The position numbers and the translations under genes were made by a program. A DNA stretch of 59,286 nt, filler included. It is 7 parts of 7 records of this genome, joined end to end, with 100 filler letters (N's around TTAATTAATTAA, not from the genome) between each part and the next. Parts side by side here need not be neighbours in the genome. Positions count along the whole stretch, not along the records: positions 1 to 5,026 come from SRR31156797_7654; positions 5,127 to 17,458 come from SRR31156797_7656; 5 more parts are not named here. The stretch is one strand, 5' to 3'. The notes below the pieces were generated by a model. It worked only from the letters and a program-made list of their open reading frames with translations, had not been told where the DNA came from and ran no database searches. Below are positions 1-8,656 of this stretch, in pieces. The stretch's first letter is position 1. Each line of letters begins with the position of its first letter.

Positions 1-1
1 C

Positions 2-26
2 CATGAAGATCATGAAGGACATGAAG
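2..26. repeat. Short tandem repeat (CATGAAG x3, 9-nt period)
   Basis: ccatgaagat-catgaagga-catgaag read directly at the window start. Confidence 0.6.
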
Positions 27-86
27 GGGGGATGACGGTCCGCCGGTATTATCGGTTTTCCCCCGGTTGACGGGCTGAATGGTTAC

Positions 87-133
87 AAAGGGGCATGGGC
101 AGACCCAAATGGGTGGCCCATGCCCCTTTTTTT
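87..133. terminator. Intrinsic terminator hairpin, possibly bidirectional
   Basis: AAAGGGGCATGGGC...GCCCATGCCCCTTT followed by a T run; lies downstream of the minus-strand amidohydrolase. Confidence 0.75.
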
Positions 134-206
134 ATCCGAGTTCCTGGCTGGCTATGATGAATTGAGCACGTTTCCTGTTAAATCGATAATTCTGGTGTGG
201 ATATTT

Positions 207-1394
207 CTAATCGTTCAGGAAGTTCATTGCCAGGTTGGAGAACAGGGCCACGCCCCGGGCCAGGATATCCTCGTCAATGGTGAATTCCGGATGGTGGATG
301 GATTGGGTCAGGCCCTTTTCCTCGTTCCGGGTGCCCAGGAAGAAAAAGGTGCCCGGCACCTTTTCCTGGTAGAAACTGAAATCCTCTCCCCCCATGGAGG
401 GCCGGGGGATCTCCCCGACCTTCTCTTCACCCAGGATGTCCACGGCCACCTTTCGGACAAACCCGGTCAGGCTGTCATGGTTGACCGTGGCCGGATAGAG
501 GTCGGAGAACTCAAACCCATGGTCGCATCCCAGGGCTTTGGCCACCCCTGCCACGATCTCTTCCATGCGTTGGGGCACCGTCTCCCGGGTCTTACGGGAA
601 AAGGATCTCACCGTGCCGGACAGGGTGGCCTCGTGGGGAATGATGTTAAAGGCCGTGCCGGCCTGGAGGGTGCAGGTGGAAACCACCACGCTGTCCAGAG
701 GATCCACTTCCCGGCTGGCAATGGTCTGGAGGGCCGTGACCACGTGGCTGGACGCCACAATGGGATCCACGGCCCGGTGGGGAATGGCGCCGTGGCCCCC
801 TACCCCCTTGATGGTGATGTCAAACCGGTCCATGGCCGCCATCACAGGCCCTGCCGTGACGCCCACCGATCCGCTGGGCAGCTCGGGCCAGACGTGCAGG
901 CCCAGGATGGCATCCACCCTGGGATTTTCCAGGACCCCCGCCTCGATCATTCCTTTAGCGCCCCCCGGCCCCTCTTCCGCAGGCTGGAAGATGAACTTCA
1001 CATTGCCCCGTAAGCTGTTTTTCAGTTGGGACAGGATCTTTGCCGTTCCCAGCAGCATGGCCGTGTGCCCGTCATGGCCGCAGGCATGCATCCTCCCCGG
1101 GGTTTGAGAGCTGAACGGGAGGCCCGTCTTTTCTTCAATGGGAAGGGCGTCCATATCCGCCCGGAGGGCGATGGTTTTGCCGGGCTGTTCGCCCCTGATC
1201 AGCCCCACCACCCCGGTGCCGTTCACCTTTTCCGTGACCTCGAGGCCCCATTTCTTCAAGCGGTCCGCGATGGTGGCGGCGGTTTCAAACTCCTTGAACC
1301 CCAGCTCCGGGTGGCGGTGAAAATGGCGCCTGAGCTCAATCAGTTCGCTTTCAAATGCGCGAACCTTTTCTTCTATTCTCTGTTTCAAAATCAC
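207..1394 (-). CDS. M20D family amidohydrolase (hippuricase/aminoacylase-like)
   Basis: Motifs RRHFHRHPELGFKE, ALRADMDALP, MHACGHDGH, FQPAEEG, GGEDFS, HHPEF. Confidence 0.92.
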   Translation of the reverse strand: MILKQRIEEKVRAFESELIELRRHFHRHPELGFKEFETAATIADRLKKWGLEVTEKVNGTGVVGLIRGEQPGKTIALRADMDALPIEEKTGLPFSSQTPGRMHACGHDGHTAMLLGTAKILSQLKNSLRGNVKFIFQPAEEGPGGAKGMIEAGVLENPRVDAILGLHVWPELPSGSVGVTAGPVMAAMDRFDITIKGVGGHGAIPHRAVDPIVASSHVVTALQTIASREVDPLDSVVVSTCTLQAGTAFNIIPHEATLSGTVRSFSRKTRETVPQRMEEIVAGVAKALGCDHGFEFSDLYPATVNHDSLTGFVRKVAVDILGEEKVGEIPRPSMGGEDFSFYQEKVPGTFFFLGTRNEEKGLTQSIHHPEFTIDEDILARGVALFSNLAMNFLND

Positions 1395-1439
1395 ATTCTC
1401 CGATACACCGGGCCGCGGCGTTTTCTTGCTGCGCCCGGA

Positions 1440-1474
1440 AAAGAAGGCGCCCTGCCGAAAGTGGCAGGGCGCCT
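1440..1474 (-). terminator. Hairpin/terminator between symporter and amidohydrolase
   Basis: 12-bp stem AGGCGCCCTGCC/GGCAGGGCGCCT followed by TCTTTT on the minus strand. Confidence 0.55.
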
Positions 1475-1494
1475 GTCATTGAACAACAGGCCTC

Positions 1495-3009
1495 TTAATT
1501 CGCGTTCCGGGCCTGGTGGTATTTTTCAAGGTCTTCCGCATCCACCGGGATGTGGGATTCCTCCACAAACTTGTAGACATGGTCGGCATCGTGGGCCCGG
1601 GTGACAAGGCTGACCAGGATCAGCACGGCAAAGTTGCCGAAAAGTCCCCAGATGCCCGAGTGGATGTCATGGAAGGACACCCCCGCGATCACGATATAGA
1701 AGTTGATGGCAACCCCCGTGATGAACCCGCAGATGGCCCCCTGTTTGGTGGCCCGGGGCCAGAAAAAGGTGGTGAAGATCAACGGAAAAATCTGGACGAT
1801 GGCGCCATAGGCCCCCAGGAGCAGGGCCACCAGGGACTGGGCCCCGAACACCGCCACATAATAGGCCACGCTGCAGAACACGACAATGCCCACCCGGGTG
1901 ACAAACATGGCCTTTTTGTCATCCATATCGGGATTGATCAGCTTCTTGTGAAAATCCAGGGTGTAGATGGAGGCCGCCCCGTGGGTGATGGTGTCGGAGG
2001 AGGACATGGCCGCAGCCAGGGTGGCCGCTGCCACAAACCCCAGCAGGATGGGATGGAGCCCCAGCTGGGTGACCATGTAGGGCAGGATTTGGTCCGCGGA
2101 CTCAAGGGTGCCGTAGGGCACGATGCCGATGCCCGCAAACCCGATGAACAATACCGGCACCATGAAGATGGCAAAGGTGGGATAGAGGGCCACGGTTTTT
2201 TTCAGGGTCTTTTCCGAATCCGAGGCATAGGCCTTCATGAACAGGTGGGGCCACATGGTGAACCCGAGGATGGAGACCACCAGGGCGGAGGAGTATTTGG
2301 CCCAGGACATCTTGCTGCCCATGAGCAGGTGCTGGGGATCGGCGGCCTGGATGGACTGGAACATCTCGGCAATGCCGCCATGGAACTTATGGGGCAGCCA
2401 CAGGCCCAGAACCCAGGCCATGGCCAGCATCAGGACCCCCTGGAGCACGTTGGTCCAGGCAACCCCCCGGACCCCGCTGGTGAGGACGTATACCAGCACC
2501 ACGCCGTAGGCCAGGAGGGCCCCCAGCCAGAAGGGAATGGTGCCGTTGGTGGTGACATTGAGCACATAGGCCATGCCCTTGAGCTGGAGCGCAATGTACT
2601 GGATGAAAGCAAGAATGCTCACCACGGCGATGAGCCCGGACAGCACTTTGGACTCAAACCGGTCGGAGATCAGCTGGGCCTGGGTGATGTAGTGGTACCG
2701 CCGGCCCATGCGGTAGGCCTTGGGGCCCCAGACCAGCCAGCTCAACAGGCCCATGGCGCAGTAGGCCATGATATAAAAGGAGGCCGCGCCCTTGGAGTAG
2801 GCCCAGCCCGGTCCCCCGAGAAAGGCAAAGGCGCTGAAGATGGCGCCCCCCATGAGAAAGTACATGGTCACGCCGTTCAGGCTGCCGTCGGCCGCGACAA
2901 ACTCGTCCACGGAGTCATCCTTGGCAGACGCGCCTGCCCGGATGCCGACAAAGGTAACGATTCCCAGGTAAAGCAGGATGATGATGCATACGATAATGGT
3001 ACTTGACAT
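1495..3009 (-). CDS. Sodium:solute symporter (SSS, YhjB/PutP-like)
   Basis: Many transmembrane segments; FSAFAFLGGPGWAY, GVRGVAWTNVLQG, AAAMSSSD. Confidence 0.9.
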   Translation of the reverse strand: MSSTIIVCIIILLYLGIVTFVGIRAGASAKDDSVDEFVAADGSLNGVTMYFLMGGAIFSAFAFLGGPGWAYSKGAASFYIMAYCAMGLLSWLVWGPKAYRMGRRYHYITQAQLISDRFESKVLSGLIAVVSILAFIQYIALQLKGMAYVLNVTTNGTIPFWLGALLAYGVVLVYVLTSGVRGVAWTNVLQGVLMLAMAWVLGLWLPHKFHGGIAEMFQSIQAADPQHLLMGSKMSWAKYSSALVVSILGFTMWPHLFMKAYASDSEKTLKKTVALYPTFAIFMVPVLFIGFAGIGIVPYGTLESADQILPYMVTQLGLHPILLGFVAAATLAAAMSSSDTITHGAASIYTLDFHKKLINPDMDDKKAMFVTRVGIVVFCSVAYYVAVFGAQSLVALLLGAYGAIVQIFPLIFTTFFWPRATKQGAICGFITGVAINFYIVIAGVSFHDIHSGIWGLFGNFAVLILVSLVTRAHDADHVYKFVEESHIPVDAEDLEKYHQARNAN

Positions 3010-3018
3010 GGCTCTTTC

Positions 3019-3288
3019 CTAATACTCCTGTTTGTATTTTGTGTAGGTGCCGATAAAGATGAGCACGATCCAGAGGGCCACCCAGAACATGTTAAAGGGC
3101 ATGCCCAGGATCATGGGGGTGAAATGGTTGGCCGCAAGGTAGACGGGCCAGATCTGGGACAACACACAAAGGGTGAAATACAGGGTCCAGAACAGCACCC
3201 TGGCTTTGAACACCGGCGTCGCGTCTTTCCTGAGAAACACCAGGCCGATTCCTATTTTCTTCTCTTCTTCCACGTTTTTTTCCTCCAC
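3019..3288 (-). CDS. Small 2-TM symporter partner (DUF3311/YhjC-like)
   Basis: 89 aa with PMILGMPFNMFW, directly upstream of the SSS gene, the usual arrangement. Confidence 0.7.
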   Translation of the reverse strand: MEEKNVEEEKKIGIGLVFLRKDATPVFKARVLFWTLYFTLCVLSQIWPVYLAANHFTPMILGMPFNMFWVALWIVLIFIGTYTKYKQEY

Positions 3289-3429
3289 GTTTCCTCTGTT
3301 ATAGTTTTACTTCTCCTGAACCGTTTTACGATGGGGCTGCTCCGAAAACCGGCATGCCCGGAATCGCCGTAAAGACGCTCTTTGGGGTGAGCCCCCCCTG
3401 CTATGGACCGATAAAAAACAGGCAAAATC

Positions 3430-3445
3430 GCAAATTATAAACCAA
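3430..3445 (-). promoter_or_regulatory. Possible sigma-54 -24/-12 promoter for the symporter operon
   Basis: Minus strand TTGGTTTATAATTTGC has GG-N10-GC spacing, but the match to TGGCAC is weak. Confidence 0.3.
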
Positions 3446-3574
3446 AGGCAGTAATTCAGCAGGCAGGTAAAGTCAAGGAATTTATGGGAACAGGGGGGAT
3501 TCGGGAAGCACGGGCGTTGAAAAAGAGTCCGTGCTTCCCGGATCGTTTGTTTTTGGAGGGGGCATGCTTCTTCC

Positions 3575-3829
3575 TTATTCGGGGGGCTCCAATGGATCCA
3601 GGCGGCAGGGAACGAACCGGTTCCCTACCCGTTTCAAGGGGTGGGTCAGGCGATCCTTGGAATACTGGTGATACCGCACATTCAAGCCCTTGCGGCAGAC
3701 ATAGCCGCGGCTTCTCGAGTTCTTCTTGTCCGGTTTTACCTTGACCATGCGATCGTCTTCAACAAGCACTTCAAGACCACAGTTCTGGGCCCACCGGACA
3801 CATCCGGTTTTATGCCAGGTACCTATCAT
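3575..3829 (-). pseudogene. Truncated N-terminal Fe4S4 domain of a molybdopterin oxidoreductase
   Basis: KTGCVRWAQNCGL...RGYVCRKG...DRLTHPLKR; second Cys of CxxCxxxC is Trp and the ORF ends after 84 aa. Confidence 0.75.
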
Positions 3830-4012
3830 GCCTTCTCTTGGTGGTTTATGTTTTATCTGAGGTATGGGAGTCTTTTTTCAAAAGAGGTATAAATGACAAA
3901 GAATAGGCCCCCATAGCCATGAAACTGGCAGGCAAACACGTTTTGAAGCAGATCACGGCGGGGGACCGTAATGACCTCGGCAACGGTACGGTTGACGATC
4001 TGCGGGGCGGAA

Positions 4013-4028
4013 TGTTTCACGTGAAAAG
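4013..4028. promoter_or_regulatory. parS-like palindrome
   Basis: TGTTTCACGTGAAAAG is a 14/16 match to the parS consensus TGTTTCACGTGAAACA; intergenic. Confidence 0.5.
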
Positions 4029-4246
4029 ATGGCGCCCCGCCGATTCCGGCGATTTCGCCCAGGAAGTAATTCTTGACTAATTTTTTTGAGCTTATAGATT
4101 AGGGGGCTGAACACATCGGCATGTGTTTGTTGGCGCAGGACCTCGGAATGTTTGCAGTCTAATTGATACCTGCTTCCCCTGCCATGACAGGAAACTGGAT
4201 TGATTGGGGAAGTGATAACTTCGGCAGCAAGGACAGGGTGACCACC

Positions 4247-5026
4247 ATGAGATATGAGGGCCAGATTTTCAGACCGTTCAGTGAGGCAAACAGTTACATT
4301 CTCCAGTGCACCATCGGGTGTTCCCACAATGGGTGTTCGTTTTGCGGCATGTACAAGGACAAGCGCTACCGGGTGCGTTCCCTTGAAGAGATCAACCGGG
4401 ATATCGAGATGGCAAAGGATCATTACGGGGACCTGGAAAAGGTGTTTCTTTGTGACGGGGACGCCATTGCCATGGAGAGCGACCAGCTGTTGGAGATTTT
4501 GCGGCGGCTTTACGCCACCTTTCCCTCCCTCCGTCATGTGGGGGCCTATGTGGGGCCCCAAAGCACCCTCGGAAAGAGCATGACCGAGCTTTGCGCACTG
4601 CGGGCCGGCGGCCTCACCAAGGCCTATCTCGGGGTGGAGACCGGAGACGGGGAGATGTTGAAACAGATCAACAAGGGGGTGACCGCAGAGGAGATGCTGA
4701 CGGCCGGCACGAACCTGGTGAACGCCGGAATCAACCTGTCGGCCATGGTGCTGCTGGGCCTTGCCGGTGATGACAAGGCGGTCCGGGAACGCATCGCCAT
4801 TGCCACGGCCGAAATGTGCAACCGCATGAAGCCTCGCTATCTTGCCGCCCTGACCGTGACCCCGGTGCCCGGCACCCGGCTGTTCATGGAGATGGAGAAG
4901 GGCCGGTATGTGTCGCCCGATGCCTTTTCCACCCTGGAGGAGATGAAGACCCTGTTTGAGCATATTGACGCCGATAACATGAAATTTGTGGGGGTTCACG
5001 CCTCCAACTATCTGCCCATCAACGGC
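4247..5026 (+). CDS. Radical SAM protein (3' truncated by contig end)
   Basis: MRYEGQIFRPFSEA...GCSHNGCSFCGMY (Cx4Cx2C), YLGVETG; ATG at 4247 preferred. Confidence 0.85.
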
Positions 5027-5126
5027 NNNNNNNNNNNNNNNNNNNNNNNNNNNNNNNNNNNNNNNNNNNNTTAATTAATTAANNNNNNNNNNNNNNNNNN
5101 NNNNNNNNNNNNNNNNNNNNNNNNNN
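5027..5126. other. Artificial contig linker
   Basis: N44-TTAATTAATTAA-N44, giving stops in all six frames. Confidence 0.98.
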
Positions 5127-6060
5127 TGTTGCCGTTTATGCGCGGGAATGCTTGGCTCAGCTTCAAGCCGATACGGGTATTGAATACGACCAAGCAGCGC
5201 GCGGGATTCTGCACGTCTATTCCGACAGGAGGGAATTCGATCAGGCCGTGCCTAAGGCCAAGCTCATGTCCGAATTGGGTTGCGTTCGCGATGTTCTGAA
5301 TGTCGATGGCTGTATCGACCGGGAACCGGCGCTTGCTGCGTCACGAGGCAAACTGGTTGGTGGTACTTTCAGCCCAGATGACGAAAGTGGCGATGCCTAT
5401 CTTTTCACGTCTCGGCTGGCCAATATATGCCGCCAGATGGGAGTTCAATTCCGATACCGGACAAATGTTTTGCGTTTTGTCGCCGGCAAAGACCGGATCC
5501 TGGGCGTCGTAACCGAGGGTGGAACCCTCACCAGCGAAGATTACGACATGTTCGTTGTGGCTTTGGGCAGTTTCAGTCCGCTTCTTCTCACCCCCCTCAA
5601 GATCAATCTACCGGTCTATCCGGCCAAGGGCTATTCGGTTACGGTTCCTGTGCGTGATGGCGATTTGGCGCCGCATGTGGCGCTTATCGACGATGAACGT
5701 AAGATTGTTTATTCACGGCTTGGCGATCGTTTACGTGTCGCGGGAACCGCCGAATTTGCGGGATATGACCCTTCACTTCGCGATAAGCGGGCGCGCTCGA
5801 TTCTGAGTGCGGCAATGGATCTGTTTCCACATTGCGGTGATGCAGAATCCGCCGAATTCTGGGCAGGGCTTCGTCCGACGACACCGGATAGCGTCCCTGT
5901 GATCGGGGCTACCCGATTTGGCAATCTGCTTCTCAATACTGGTCATGGAACCCTCGGCTGGACCATGTGTGCTGGCTCTGGGCGGGTGATTGCCGATTTG
6001 GTCAGTGGTGAAAAACCGGAAATCGACCTTGAAGGCCTAGGGGCTGACCGCTTCGCGTAA
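5127..6060 (+). CDS. dadA: D-amino acid dehydrogenase (5' truncated)
   Basis: PVYPAKGYS, RLRVAGTAE, WAGLRPTTPD, LNTGHGTLGWTM. Confidence 0.9.
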
Positions 6061-6225
6061 AGAGATCCCAGGCGAATTCTGGTTTTCTCTTCCCCGATTT
6101 TGTTTGTGCTCTCGGTTTTTTTGCACTCCTTTAGGGTGGAATTGCCCTGATCTTCTTTGATTTATCCGACAGCTTTCCTCTTTTCGGGTGGTTTTTTGCA
6201 TGTGATTTTCCCAAGCCCTCCACGC

Positions 6226-6266
6226 TTGACGAAGTGTTTTGATCGGGTATAGAACATAACAAGAAC
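6226..6266 (+). promoter_or_regulatory. Sigma70 promoter overlapped by an alphaproteobacterial LexA (SOS) box
   Basis: -35 TTGACG at 6226; GAAC-ATAACAA-GAAC (GAAC-N7-GAAC) at 6252-6266, upstream of imuA. Confidence 0.85.
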
Positions 6267-6300
6267 ATTTGGAAAGTGTTCAGATAGCTTCCTGATAAGG

Positions 6301-7152
6301 ATGACCAAGCTGGAGGCTCTGCCCGCCATGTCCCGGTTAACTGAAGTTTATCGGCCCGGTCCGGCCGGTCTCGAAGAATTGCGTGCCCGCATTCGGCGGC
6401 TGGAAAGCCATCATCCGGAAGCGGGCAGTGACGGTCCTGGAGTGCTCACCTTAGGGATGCCGGGTATTGACGAGGTTTTACCCTGGGGTGGTTTGCCGCG
6501 CGCTGCCCTGCACGAAATATTGGCTGGAGGCAAGGGCGGCGCTTCTGCTTTCTGCGCAGGTCTTTTGGGGCGGCTGTCTGGTGATGGCGGGGTTGTTTTG
6601 TGGTGTCGTCGCGAGCGCGGCCTTTACGGACCTGGGTTAGCTGTCTTCGGCCTGTCTCCGGAACGCCTGATCCTGGTCAGTGCCCGTAGCGAAACCGACG
6701 TTCTCTGGGTTCTGGAGGAAGGTCTGCGTAGCGGTAGTCTGGCAGCGGTTCTGGGCGAAGTCGATACCATTGGTACGACGGCGGCACGGCGGCTGCAGTT
6801 GGCGGCGGAAAGTGGTGGCGTAACGGCCCTTTTATTGCGCCCGGCTCACGGCAAGATAGAACCCGGCCCCGCGGTGACGCGATGGCGCATCACCCCTGCC
6901 CCCAGCACCGTGGCTGTGGACCGCCCGGGCGTCGGCCCGGCTCGCTGGCGAATCGATCTCTTGAAATGCCGGTCCGGTACGCCGGGAGCGGTCCGTTTGC
7001 AAAACACCATGTTCGGGGGCTCACGATCCTGGCTTGTGGAATGGCGTGATGAAAAAACGGCGAGTGGTTTCGCTATGGTTGCCGACCTTTGCAACCGACC
7101 GGTTGAGCAGGCAGTTGACGACGGAGAAGATACAGCCCGGATCGCGGTCTGA
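6301..7152 (+). CDS. imuA: ImuA, RecA-like mutagenesis accessory protein
   Basis: LPWGGLPRAALHEI, LWVLEEGLRS, ARRLQLAAE, TRWRI; precedes imuB-dnaE2. Confidence 0.9.
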   Translation: MTKLEALPAMSRLTEVYRPGPAGLEELRARIRRLESHHPEAGSDGPGVLTLGMPGIDEVLPWGGLPRAALHEILAGGKGGASAFCAGLLGRLSGDGGVVLWCRRERGLYGPGLAVFGLSPERLILVSARSETDVLWVLEEGLRSGSLAAVLGEVDTIGTTAARRLQLAAESGGVTALLLRPAHGKIEPGPAVTRWRITPAPSTVAVDRPGVGPARWRIDLLKCRSGTPGAVRLQNTMFGGSRSWLVEWRDEKTASGFAMVADLCNRPVEQAVDDGEDTARIAV

Positions 7153-8656
7153 GTATCCTGTTCTGGCCACGGTGACCGCGGCACACGGAGGCATGCGCAT
7201 TGCCGCAGCCAGCCCTGCAGCGCAGGCGGGGGGCGTTATGCCTGGAGTTCCCTTGGCGGATGCCCGTGCTTTGTTGCCTGGTTTGCGTACCGTCGAAGCT
7301 GATCCGCAAAAAGATGCCCGTGCTCTGGATTCTCTGGCTGTCTGGTGTGGACGCTACACGCCGTGGATCTCTGTCAATGCTGATGCCGGCGGAGCCGGTG
7401 CGAGGGCCATCTGGCTCGATATTACCGGTTGTGCACACCTGTTCGGTGGCGAAGAGGCCTTGCTGAAAGACCTTGTTTCGCGGCTTTGTCGCTTAGGGTT
7501 TGCCGCTCGTGCCGCTATTGCCGATACACCCGGTACGGCCTGGGCTGTGGCCCGTTTTGCCAATTCGGGCAAAGGTGGCGTTGTCATTGTGCCGCCTCAC
7601 CGCCTGCGCCGGGTTTTGGCACCGTTGCCGGTGGCGGGGCTGCGGCTTGATGCCGCCACGATTGAGGGATTGGGGCGGGTTGGCCTGCGCCGCATCGAAG
7701 ATCTTCTTGAACAGCCTCGGGCTCCTCTTGCGGCGCGTTTTGGTGAGGCGGTCATCAGGCGTCTAGATCAAGCCCTGGGTAAGCGAGGCGAATCCCTTTC
7801 ACCACGGGTGCCGGTCCCGCCCCTGATGGCACGTCTGACTTTTCCCGACCCCATTACCCGGGCCGACGATATTGCCGGGATTATCCGTCAGTTGCTCGAC
7901 GATCTCTGCTGCCAACTGGACAAGAACCAGCAGGGTGCACGACGGCTCAATCTAGTGCTTTATAGAACTGACGGAACCCACACCGACTTACGTATTGGTA
8001 CCAGCCGAGCGGTGCGCGATTCCGATCATTTGGAACGGTTGTTCCGGGAAAAAATCGAAACCATAGATCCCGGCTTCGGGATCGAAATAATGGTCCTTTC
8101 CGTGCTGGCAAGCGATGCGCTGGAGGCCGTTCAAATCGATCTGGAATCGGAACGGATCGATCATGCCGAAGGCTTGGCACGGCTGGTGGATCGGGTCGGA
8201 AACCGCCTGGGTACCGACCGCGTATCACGCTTCGCGGCGCGGGCCAGCCACATTCCGGAAAAGGCCTGCTGCGAAATCCCTGCCCTGACCCCTGCCCCGG
8301 CGATTCCGTCCGAGGCCTTGAAGGACGGAGAATTTCGTCCGGCACGTCCAAGACCCATTTATCTGCTGCCCTGGCCGGAACCCATCGAAGTGATGGCGCC
8401 GGTTCCCGATCATCCGCCGGTAATGTTTCGTTGGCGTCGGCATCAGCACCGGGTGATGCGCGCTGATGGTCCCGAACGCATCGGCCCTGAATGGTGGTTA
8501 CGGGAACAGCCCTTTGATGCGGCTTTGAATGAAGCTGTGACGCGCGACTATTATCGGGTCGAAGACGCCGAGGGGCAGCGCTTTTGGCTTTACCGAGAAG
8601 GGCTTTACAAGCCCGGCTTGCCACCGCGTTGGTACATGCATGGAATGTTCGCATGA
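7049..8656 (+). CDS. imuB: ImuB, inactive Y-family polymerase
   Basis: RVVSLWLP, LDITGCAHLFGGE, GPERIGPEWW, RDYYRVED, WYMHGMFA. Confidence 0.92.
   Translation: MKKRRVVSLWLPTFATDRLSRQLTTEKIQPGSRSEYPVLATVTAAHGGMRIAAASPAAQAGGVMPGVPLADARALLPGLRTVEADPQKDARALDSLAVWCGRYTPWISVNADAGGAGARAIWLDITGCAHLFGGEEALLKDLVSRLCRLGFAARAAIADTPGTAWAVARFANSGKGGVVIVPPHRLRRVLAPLPVAGLRLDAATIEGLGRVGLRRIEDLLEQPRAPLAARFGEAVIRRLDQALGKRGESLSPRVPVPPLMARLTFPDPITRADDIAGIIRQLLDDLCCQLDKNQQGARRLNLVLYRTDGTHTDLRIGTSRAVRDSDHLERLFREKIETIDPGFGIEIMVLSVLASDALEAVQIDLESERIDHAEGLARLVDRVGNRLGTDRVSRFAARASHIPEKACCEIPALTPAPAIPSEALKDGEFRPARPRPIYLLPWPEPIEVMAPVPDHPPVMFRWRRHQHRVMRADGPERIGPEWWLREQPFDAALNEAVTRDYYRVEDAEGQRFWLYREGLYKPGLPPRWYMHGMFA

Noticed and set aside
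120-3006. Long plus-strand ORFs 120-1013 and 1516-3006
   Set aside because: Antisense shadows of well-supported GC-rich minus-strand genes, with no motifs.
3953-4999. 348-aa minus-strand ORF
   Set aside because: Shadow of the radical SAM gene.
5071-5082. TTAATTAATTAA repeated six times as a biological repeat or CRISPR
   Set aside because: Always centred in N44 flanks; it is an all-frame stop linker.
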